Assembly: GCA_043228905.1 (NCBI GenBank)
Contig: JBHGNT010000095.1
Coordinates: forward strand, 1 to 64,000
Length of the DNA stretch: 64,000 nt
Direction: 5' to 3'
Origin: Azolla caroliniana
Lineage: Eukaryota; Plantae; Polypodiophyta
Position 1 is the first letter of the stretch. Each line of letters opens with the position of its first letter. The notes beneath the pieces are model-generated. The model saw nothing but the letters and a program-made list of their open reading frames with translations. It searched no databases and had not been told where the DNA came from. Below are positions 13,601 through 24,000 of the stretch, piece by piece. Made by a program: the position numbers and the translations under genes.

Positions 13601-15117
13601 CTCTAGTGAGGACGACGTTGGTGGATCGAGTCATTACACTCTTCCAGAACCTGGGGCTCTTGGTCACTGCACTCATAATTACTTTCAACCTTCAATGGAA
13701 GATTGCATTGGTCATGATGGCCACATTACCAGCACTTGTGTTTTCAAATCTAGGCCAGGTAAATGATGTGTCCTCACGAATTTTAATCCTCAAATATCAA
13801 TTTAATAGCCGATTGTTTGTGTTTCATGAAGGATTAACTCAATCCAAGATTGACCTTATCCAAGCCTTTGTGTTGGACTCCATCTATGATTGATTTTGGT
13901 AGTTGGTTGGCTTGTAGGTTCAATTTGCTAAAGGTTTTAGTGGTGATTTGAATAAAGCATACATGAAGGCCAACATGGTGGCAGCTGAGGCTGTAAGCAA
14001 TATTCGCACCGTGGCCGCCTTTTCAGCGGAGGACAAGGTAATGAGCATGTTCACGAAAGAGCTCCGAGATCCCCAAAAGAAGTACTTTCTACGAGCCCAA
14101 ATCGGAGGCATCGGGTTCGGGATCTCGCAATTGGTACTCTTCTCCTCATATAGTCTCGCCCTGTGGTATTCGGGAAGGCTCATCACTAGAGGTGAGGCGA
14201 CATTTGGTCAGGTAATGAAATGCTTCATGGTGTTAATGATTACGGCCTTTGGCATTGCTGAGGCTGTCGGCCTCGCTCCTGACTTCCTTAAAGGAACTGA
14301 CGAGCTCCGGGCTGTTTTCCACATTGTGGATCGACACACCGACATTGATGCCTCTGACCCCAAAGCCCAAGAAGTGGCCAGTGTCAAAGGGGCCATTGAG
14401 TTCAGCCATGTCGACTTCAGCTACCCGACGCGAATGGAGGTCCAGATCTTCAAAGACTTCAACCTTAAGATAAGGAGGGGGCAAAGCCTCGCATTGGTCG
14501 GGACGAGCGGGTCAGGGAAAAGCTCGGTTATCGCCCTCATTGCTAGATTTTATGATCCACAGAGTGGGAGAGTGATGGTAGATGGGAAAGATGTGAGGCA
14601 ATTGAGGTTGAGGTCATTGAGGCAACATATAGGTCTGGTGCAACAAGAGCCAGCTCTCTTTAGCACCAGCATTTATGATAACATTCGGTATGGAAAGGAA
14701 GATGCCATGGAGGCCGACATTGTGGAGGCCGCGAAGGCAGCAAATGCACATAGCTTTATAAGCTCATTGCCGGAGGGGTACAGAACCGAAGTTGGAGAGA
14801 GAGGCGTCCAACTGTCTGGTGGACAAAAGCAAAGGGTGGCCATTGCTAGGGCAGTGCTAAGGAACCCGGCCATTCTGTTGCTTGATGAAGCCACTAGTGC
14901 GTTGGATGCCGAGTCGGAGAAGCTAGTCCAAGAGGCTTTGGATAGGTTAATGGAGCAAAGGACTACTGTCATGGTCGCCCATCGGTTATCGACCATACAA
15001 AATGCCGAGTCGATCGCGGTGTTGCAGAGTGGCTCCATCACGGAGCAAGGCACTCATTATGAACTCCTGGCCAAACAAGGGGCCTACTTCCAACTTCTGA
15101 ACCTTGGTCAAACATAG
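5338..15117 (+). CDS. ABCB: Full-size ABC transporter B family (MDR/P-glycoprotein, TMD-NBD-TMD-NBD), ~1385 aa
   Basis: Exons 5338-6018, 6132-6186, 6520-6695, 7263-7463, 8842-9101, 11229-11545, 11872-12098, 12225-12598, 12888-13318, 13523-13758, 13918-15117 join in frame (4158 nt). Two NBDs with Walker [17 protein letters not shown], signature LSGGQKQR and Walker [13 protein letters not shown]; TMD1 motifs LFAYAD..D and [13 protein letters not shown]. Intron 8 best fits a GC donor. The paralog number cannot be assigned. Confidence 0.95.
6217..6364. repeat. ~77-bp tandem duplication in ABCB intron 2
   Basis: aatctttaatccgggagatcaccaaatatgtttcgat..aatgctatact...aacctaaaaagaaaa occurs twice. 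Confidence 0.85.
7521..7705. repeat. Compound (TATG)n/(TG)n microsatellite in ABCB intron 4
   Basis: Seen directly. Confidence 0.95.
8559..8628. repeat. Degenerate interstitial telomere-like (CCCTAAA) repeats
   Basis: aaacctaaaccctaaacaccctaatcctaaac...aaaccctaaaacctaggg. Confidence 0.55.
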
Positions 15118-16259
15118 TCACTAACTAGTGTTGTGAAAACACTAGCCAAGCTCTGGCTGTAACCCCCCTTCCCACTTACTAGCTTTGGTACCAACCTCAA
15201 CTCAACTAGTCAAGTCCTTGACCCATGTAGTCAAGGGAGTTGACCAGCATGTTCCAACTCTTTGCACCATGCCTGCCAAATGGTTGACTAATGTGCCGTC
15301 AACGGTAATGACTGACTAAAGTTGATTTTTTTTGACTTGGGCATTCAAGCAAACTAAATAGCCCAGGGTTTTGGCTCTTTGTAACATTTATTCAACAAGT
15401 GCTTTGTATTTATCTATAATTATTTAGGTACTCAATTCATGCCAAGAGCTTGTGTGAAGAAGCAACCTATTTGTAGTACATGATAATGATTGCTCCCTTT
15501 GGAGGTAAAGGCCAAGATACAGTTGACTTTGTTGGCCTATTGGTGTATACTAGTTGGATGATTTAGCAGTGGGGTGAATACTGCATTTCTTGTTGGATGT
15601 GTTGTGCACATGTTGTATTAAGAAGTGTATTGTAATGTCTTCATTAGTAAAACCATACTACCTCATTTGCTATGACATATTTCAATACAGTATGTTCGTG
15701 ATTGGTATACCTCAGATACATGATGTCATGTAAATGGCATCATGGGTGTTTTAAAAGTTAATGATTTCACTTTAATATGGTTTAAACTCATATAATTGGC
15801 ACACTACAAGTTTTTCCCCCTTTTTTTTTACAAAACGAAGATTTTTCCCCTTTTGAGAAGAAGCAATGACAATTGATGTTTCATTTTCTGTACTATTTCA
15901 CAAAGTACAACATTGCACTTAGTGAGATTTTGTTCTAATAAAGTTGCAACTGCCTTGATGCAATTGTTGTCGATAGAGCTGCTACTTGATTCACACAAGG
16001 CATGAGAGTGTTTTTGCTCATCCCAATCTTCGATCGCAGCTCTCTTCCATACATTTCCTCAATTTCCATGACTTGGTTTACATAACCTTCTTTCATTGAA
16101 ATCACCCGTGTCGAGGTTTGTTTCATACATTACTGTTCCTTCACTTTTGATTGGTGACATGTTAAACTATGTGGCCTTGTATTGTTTAAACGACCTTACC
16201 TAACTCACCGATGTTGTCATGACTCGTGTATAGGCTTGTTAGCCTAAGTTTGTTTGGAA

Positions 16260-16486
16260 CCCCATGACCTAGTCCTATTCTGGGGATTAGGTCTTGAGAT
16301 ATTCATAGCATAGCATACTCATACCCATAACCAGGTTCCCAACTATAACCATACTATACCCATAAACCAGAATGGGAACTCCATGACCTAGTCCTCTTCC
16401 AGGGATGAAGTCTTGAGGTATTCATAGCATAGGATACCCATACCCATACCCATAACCAGGTTCCCAACTATAACGATACTATACCT
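16260..16486. repeat. ~120-bp tandem duplication
   Basis: ccatgacctagtcct...gtcttgag.tattcatagcatag...cccataaccaggttcccaactataac occurs twice. Confidence 0.8.
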
Positions 16487-16494
16487 AACAATCG

Positions 16495-16897
16495 GCAATG
16501 GTTCGGTTCGGTTTGAGAGGGTCAAAACCGAACTGTTAAATTTTTTTGAAACTTGAACCGAACCAAGAAAACGTTAAACCATTAAACTGTTCAAACCGCG
16601 GTTTCGTGGTTCGGTTTCGGTTTTCAACTTAGGTTAAATTTTAAAATTTAAAATTTAAAATATTTCATTTTTAAATTTTTTTGAAATTTTAAAGGTGTTA
16701 CTAAAATGTAAGAACAAGGTCTAAAAATGAAAAGATTATTTAAAAACAATTAAAAAAAAAAAACAAAACCGTTAAACCGTTTAAACCGCGATTTCTGATA
16801 GTTCAAACCAAACCGAACCATTTAATAAAAACCTAACCTGAATCGAGCCGAACTATTGAAACCGTTAAGTCGTTAAGCCGCGGTTTCGTCGTTAGTG
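16495..16897. mobile_element. Degenerate non-autonomous DNA transposon (hAT-like AAACCG/CGGTT subterminal repeats, AT-rich core)
   Basis: Dense ggttcggttt/aaaccg motifs in both halves; no intact TIR pair or TSD found. Similar motif cluster at ~34545-34780. Confidence 0.45.
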
Positions 16898-16907
16898 ATT
16901 GTAACTA

Positions 16908-17038
16908 GGGAAAAGTACCAGGATACCCCTGGAAGTTCGTCTATTTACTAGAATGCCCCTGGAAGTTCCAAATTTACCAATCTACCCCTATGTACAAAAA
17001 ATTACACTTTATAAAGTAATTATGGTGGTACTTTTCCC
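16908..17038. mobile_element. Mutator-like MITE, 131 bp
   Basis: Perfect 13-bp TIR GGGAAAAGTACCA/TGGTACTTTTCCC; perfect 9-bp TSD TTGTAACTA (16899-16907, 17039-17047). Confidence 0.9.
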
Positions 17039-17339
17039 TTGTAACTATACCCGTAACCAGAACTATAACCATACCATGCCAATGACCATACATTACCATA
17101 CCATACCATATTATTATGGCTATGAGTCATGGCCACGCCATGCCAATGACCATACATTACCATACCATACCATACCATGCCGATTGACCATACATTAATT
17201 TACCGTCCATATCCATGGGGTTTTCTCATTCATTCTTTTATGTTCAAATCGATCGAAGGGCGCGAAACAGATCAGAAGCAGACAGTACAGACAGACAGTA
17301 CAGAGATTCAAGACAGTGAAAGGCGGGGAGACAGTGGCC

Positions 17340-19265
17340 ATGGCCATGGCGCAGACGCAGACGCAGACGCAGACGAAGACGACGATGAAGGTGAACCCTG
17401 AGGAGATGATTGAGATCGCGGAGGAGATGGCGCGCGTCATGGAGGAGAAGTGGCGTGAGGAACGCGGCATCCTGGACGACTTGGACGCAGACCTCTTCGC
17501 CACCATACTCGCCTGCAAGGACGACCACGTTGAGCTCATCACCATCATGGAAGGTGCTCTTTCTTTCTTTCTTTCTTTCTCCCCCCCCTCCATTCATATG
17601 TCTGTTCTTCTGTCTTCTCTCAGTTACACATATGAGAGATAGAGAGCGACGATAGTGTCGTTATCTTTCGTTTCTTCCAGATTTGCAGGAGCAGATCGCT
17701 GCGATAGAGCGTTCTTTGCAAGAGTCGAGTGACAATGGCCACTCTTCTACATCCCGGATTGAGCTTGTGAAACAAAGGGACAACCTTCTTCTACGTGAAA
17801 GGCTCCTCAAAGAAGAAGAAAGATAAGTATTGAGTTCTGAAGAATATTTTCAGTCAAGCCATGGAAAAGCTTGTTTTCTTTTGCTTTTCAATTAATCTTC
17901 TTGCTTGGACCTGTCGTTTTTCTCTCATCAGCACATCTCTTCAAGACAGGATGGAAGCTTTGATCGATCAAAGAAAATCTCTGCAATCTAAAAGGGAATC
18001 TTTGAAGAAACTTGTTACAGAAATGCAGATCAATAAGTAAGTGATGTTCATGATACGAAATTATAGATTTGAACATACATATACTTGAATACTATTAAGA
18101 GTCTAAATATTGAAGCTCTTAGTGTCTTAGTAGAAGTTTGATGTAAAATCCAGCATTTTGGTTTGTATTACAGAAACGAAATGTATTTTCTTATATTGCC
18201 TAATTGTGACAGTCTTTGAATGTAGAAACGAAAACAAATTTCTGCGATCAGATAAACCTAGAAAACGAGCCCTTTAAGTCTTGTACTCCTGAAATCCTTA
18301 ACATTGTGAAATATGTAGTATTCCAGTAGTGCTGATCGCATTTGCATCATTATGTAGTTGAGGCCCTCATTGTTGTCAGTAGGAAGGAAAATACTATCAT
18401 AATCAGTTTAATTTAGCATAAATAAAGCTTATAAATAGACGCCAGAGATGACTTGAAAGGAGAGACATTTAAGTAGCAGAAGTAGTACAAAAGTTTGTGG
18501 ATGATGTTGCAAATGAATTCATTTTGGGGGATATTTCTCTTAAAGGTAGTTTTACATTTGACGATATATTTGATTAAAATAAGTCTCTTGGAACCTTGCA
18601 AGTTTTACATTAGCTTGCTAATGGGTTGCTATATAGGATTAAGATCAAAACGTCCTTCCCTTTTCTATAGAACATGATTGCTCTTGAGGTGGATGTATAG
18701 AAAATCTGTTGTGGCAAATGCGGTTTGTGTTATATATATATGTATGTATGTATGCATATATGTATGTATATATACATATACATATGATCTCGTTTGTCAG
18801 GATTCTGATCATTGCTTCATTTACAGAAACCTTCAGACACTTTGTGCTTCAACATTTCATGTAATTCCATCGGATGAAGGGAACAACAGGGTTGCTGGAA
18901 GTATCCTATTTTTTCATTAAAAATAGTTGTAAGTAAGAAAATAAGCCTAATGTTTCACGTAATTCACAACATATCTTTAATTTTCTGAAATTCTCCAAAT
19001 ACTCATCTTTATGTAGTTTCTCTACAATTTCTAGAGGCCGAAATTGTAGAGGGAGAGAATTTCAAAAAATGAGGGGCATGCCAGGAGTATAGTGAAACAT
19101 TACAGGTGTTTTGGTAAATTTCCCCACCTTAGTTAGAGTCCTTAATCCATGGAAGACCTTGTTGATTCTAATGGTCATGTGGTTGACACGTTTGGTTTCA
19201 ATACGGATGATATGGATTCCTTTGAAGTTTGTGAGAAATTGTGGAGCTTGTGTTTTCGATATTGA
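17340..19265 (+). CDS. SPC24: Kinetochore NDC80-complex subunit SPC24-like (MUN1-like), ~213 aa
   Basis: Exons 17340-17553, 17681-17822, 17935-18036, 18827-18900, 19156-19265 (642 nt, in frame). A coiled-coil N-terminus is followed by NLQTLCASTFHVIPSDEGNNRVAGNLVDSNGHVVDTFGFNTDDMDSFEVCEKLWSL, which matches the plant SPC24 C-terminal pattern (..ASVT.VIP.....ISG..VD.......F.F.......E.CN.IW) as recalled. Requires a non-canonical intron 2. Confidence 0.8.
17823..17934 (+). other. Candidate U2-type AT-AC intron in SPC24
   Basis: Exon 2 hits TAA at 17824-17826 unless spliced at AG|ATAAGT. A pyrimidine tract followed by CAGCAC at 17929-17934 offers an AC acceptor giving EEER-SLQDR in frame. Confidence 0.55.
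18901..19155 (+). other. U12-type (minor spliceosome) GT-AG intron in SPC24
   Basis: 5' splice site GTATCCTA (consensus RTATCCTT); branch TCCTTAAT at 19139-19146, about 10 nt before AG 19154-19155; no polypyrimidine tract; splicing restores the frame. Confidence 0.85.
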
Positions 19266-21079
19266 TAATGTTGAAAAAAGAATCACCCTTGATATATGCT
19301 GCTCATCGAATAATTGCTATTAGATTTTTGATAGTCTATGTGGTGATAATGAACGAAATTGTGTAATTTATGTTGGGAATTACTTGAATCTCCATTCTTT
19401 CCTGAATTGTATAAATTATAAGGGGAATTTCCTAAATTCTGAAATGCTCCTGAATTTCTATTCTTTCAATTATTCTTATCAACCATTAATTCACAGGAGG
19501 AAGTTTTTTGCTACCTAGGAGTCCAATTTTGACCTATGGTGCCAAATAAACTATTTCTTCAACATTTATTTTACTGAGATATAGTGGTTTTTGGTCTAAT
19601 TGAAAATAACACATGTCTAATTGAGGGCTTGTTTTGAAAAGTAAGCTTCTTGTAACAATTAGATTGGTCATTTCAGTTATGTCCAAATTGTGTTGTTGCA
19701 ACACAATTTGTACCATTGCTTTGGGTTACAAAGCATCTCAAGTTTCAACTCTTCTTCTAAGTTTCTACTTATTTAGTGATTATTCACTTGTGTTTTTTGG
19801 TTCATCTAATAATTTGAAAATTGGATCTTAGATTCCCACTTGTCACTATGGTTGATGTTACATGGAGGATGATGGTAATATGTGAGTAACAAGTATTGAT
19901 AAGTAAAACATTGAGTTGAAAGAAGGATGTTTTGATATATATCATGTGATCTTGACACACGTGTTTGTTTTAAATATAAAATAGCTACATATGTTGTGAA
20001 CATTTTGCATTTGTAGCTTCAGAAGTGATACTTTTGTATGGTATGGGAATGCAATTATTTGTTTGTTGGAAAAAAACTTATTTTTATGAGAATAATTTGG
20101 ATGTAAAGCATGGAGGAAAACCTCTTGCATCCAATTGCTATGGACAATTGCAGCATTACATAATGATTTTATCATTATGACATGAAGTTGTAAACCTTAT
20201 TGGCATAAGATGATCATGCTCACTAATGAGCCAAGGATGTTACTTATGCTTATACTAAATGATGAATCATTCCCAAAGTATTGCTTGTGTTCATATTCAA
20301 TGACTAATCACTTTTAAGATATTACTTGTGCGCAATCCAATTGTTAGTGATGATGAATAGATGGTTTTGTTGTTTTCAAAGTGTTTACACTCTTATTCAA
20401 CTAATGCATTCTACTATTTGTGGGGAACTTTAAGAAGCAATGATATGATTCACCATGAAATACCAACATACAAAGTTGGGCTCGAAAGCACTAAAAGTAA
20501 ATTTAAGTATTGTCAAGTTGATGGAAACTTGTGTGATATCCATGATCCTCCAGATTGTGTAGTGTTATGACAATTCCATAACAAGTGGTTAACAGATTTT
20601 GAACCACGTTTGCAATTGTTAGCATCACATTGCGGCCATCTGTGTCCAATGAACCTTTATCCCAAGTAGGTAGGACCCCAAGTAAGTAACACACATATGA
20701 AATAAGAGTCATTCCTCTAACGAATGGTGAGGCAAATGGTCGGATTTTTGCTCTACACCACTTCCACCAAGATTGTGACTTAATTATACTCCATTGGCAT
20801 GGTGCCATGTCGGCTTGTCCATGGAGCTGTGGGATTTAGCAAAACCTATGGTATGGTTTTGATTGCCTTATATGTTGATCCATGTCTAGTGAAGAGATTT
20901 AGGGTTAGAAATGTAAATAACAGAGACCGTGCCCAGAGAAGAAAGAAAAACCCCTCCCCCTTGAAAGTCCCTGCAATTTCTCTTTCGGCAGAGGAGGAGA
21001 AGGAGAAAGAAGCAGCAGAAGAGAAGGAGAGACTTAATCCTTTTGCGAACAGAGGAAGAAGAAGAAGAAGAGGAGGAGG

Positions 21080-24000
21080 ATGAAGGAGCTCATTTCCATT
21101 CAAATTGGTGGCTATGCGAATTTCGTCGGTTCTCACTTCTGGAACCTTCAGGTTAACTATATAGAGAACCTTCTCTTTCAATCTTTCTTTGTGTTTCACG
21201 TAACATGGGGAGGCCATTGTAACCTGTTTTGATGGCGTCTCCCTTTCTTCTTCTCCTTGTTTAGGATGAACTGATCGGTTTGCAGAATGATCCGACCTTC
21301 TCAAACTGCGGCGTCGATTTTGATAGGCTCTACAGAGTTGGTGAAACACCACATGTACATTATTTGTGATTGAAATATGATTCTTTGCATTCTTTATAAT
21401 TTCAATGTGTGGTAGACTACAAATCATCAAGATTTATAGACTTTATAGCCTTCTGGAGTATAGATAATCATCCATAGATAAATACACAGACTTACATAAT
21501 CACCCATAGGCACATACACAGACATACAAATGCAAGTATACATATTCATCACTACCATATACGTACTTAAACCTACACATAAATACACACAGGCATAGAA
21601 TACACCAAACATGGATTGTGTTCTAATTATATTATTATTTCTGCTATAACCACATGGGTTGTGGTCCAACTTTCTGGAGACCACAAAGAATCAAGAAAGG
21701 TAAGAGTAAGGGAAACTAACCACGGACAGAGTTGGTAGCTTATCTTTTTGAGAAAGGTGTGATCAAATTTGGAAAAAAAAGATAATAGTCTAGTGCAAAG
21801 GTGACATCTTTTGGTTCGGTGATAGCCAATCATTCGCTGGCTTCTTGGAGAGGGTGATAGTGCCATTCTCCACCAGAGAGAGAGAGATTACAAATTCCTT
21901 GCACAGAGATATCTTGTGGACATCAATGAAATTAGGTTGGGAGGGTGAGTGCTCGTTCATAATTCAATTTCATTTTATGGGTTGATTTCAGTGAAAGGTG
22001 CTGTGGTGGCTAGCAAAATAAGGATAATAGTGTTTCAGATGATGAGAATTGGATTTGAATTTCCGATGAGTTATTGGTTTGTTTGGTCAAAGAGTCAATG
22101 ATGTTTGTGTGTCAAAGTCCAATGACTTGTTTTCTTATTCTTCAGCTGAGGTCAATTGGTCATTTGAAAAACACAAGAGCCTTGATGAAGTCAAATCAAG
22201 TGATGTCTATGATCTCTCGATCATTCTTTCTCACTACCAATTCCTCTCAATCTATCTATTTCGTTTCCATTCTCGTTCTTTGTGTCTTTCCTTGTTCATA
22301 ACCCCTGTGGTTCCGACGCACCAATTGCACCAATCCCAAACTTTACAACAACGTTTAATTCATTGAGTTGGCATAGTTCAAATTTTGATGATGAAGGTCA
22401 CTGTCTAAAATAATTTAGTTGATGAGAGAGAGTGATATGATTGTAGTGTTTTTCACTTACAATGAATAGAGTTCTAGCTTCGAGCTAGATGTTACGGTTC
22501 TGAAGGGTGTGGGGAAGTGGGTGAATACAAAATCAACTTTGGTAGAACCTTGAGAACCTTGACCTTCATAGAGCAAGGTGTTAATTTAAATTTACATATC
22601 GTAGTCTAGCTATTTGGAGGCTACAAAAGATCAAGAAGGATGGAATCTCAGCTTCTGTAGGGCAAGGTGTTGGTCTAAATACATGAATTTTAGTCAACTA
22701 CATGTAGACTAAAGAGTCAAGAAAGGTAGATCTCACCTTTTGTGCTGCAAGGTTTTCATCTAAATACATGAAGATCACAGCAAATCAAGAAGGATAGAAT
22801 CTCAACTCTTGTAGAGCAGGAGCCAAGGTGTTCCTTTCAAGAATGACACAATCTCAGCTTTCGTAGAAATTATATGTCAGTGAGATCAGTGCTTTAAGAA
22901 TGGTTGATCTGTAACCTTTTTAGAGTGGGTGTTTAGGGCTTGCAATGCTTGAAAAAGTGCAAAAGCTGTAGTCAAATTGTATATGGACTGCAAAGCATCA
23001 AGCATATAAGCTCAGCTTCTGTGTGTGTTGTCAGGGTTCTGAATGTGTGGAAGCGTACATGGGTTCATTTGAATACATGGATTGTGATCTAGATAATGTA
23101 AACTACACAAAATTAAGAAGGATAGAATGACAATTTTTATAGAACTAAGGTGTCATTGGGATGAGTGCATCAAGAAGGGGGCCATGTAACTTATGTATTC
23201 CAAGGTGTTATTGTTCTTGTTTGGAGCACATGAAATTTCTTTAGATTGTAGTTAACATGTATAGATATTATGAAGCATCAAGAATGATATAAGCTCAGAT
23301 TTTGCAGGAGTGCGGTGATAGGGTTCTGAATGTATGAAAGTGCATGAATTTGGGCTCAAATTCATGGAGGTTACAAGAATCAGCAAGAACTGAATCCTGT
23401 ATTTTGTAGACCAAGATTCTTATGGTTCCGAGTGAATGATGCAAGCACATTTGTGGTTGCACTGGCTATCTTGTGTTACCAGGAATTTTCTTGCTTTTTC
23501 CACATTAAATTACAATGTAAACACTTTAATAACTGCTATACCATGAATAGATAATGGCCAACTATCGCTCGTTCAATGGCCAATGTCAGATTGTTGCTTA
23601 TGCCATATTAGAAGATTGCATAGAGAATTTATTGGAAACAGGATGACCTAATAATGATAAACCTTCCTATAACAGAGCTCTTGCTAATATAAGTTACACG
23701 ATCTAATTTTGAGATCAGAGCTCTTGCTAATATGAGTGGATGTGGAGGTGATGAAGTTAAGATTGCTAGTCTTGGTAAGAATGAGAATTTACAAGGAAAA
23801 AAGGAGGGGTTCACTTCCATAGAGGAAATCTTAAGGCATTATGTTTTTTCTGAAATTGTTTCTTCATTTCCAGAATGAATAATTCTTATCGGAACTTATT
23901 GTAGCCCTCTATGTTTCTCCCTATTATCATAGAATCATTGATAGTCTTCATTTTTTAATTTATGGTAGGGAGTTGCAACATATACACCTCGATTGCTTGC

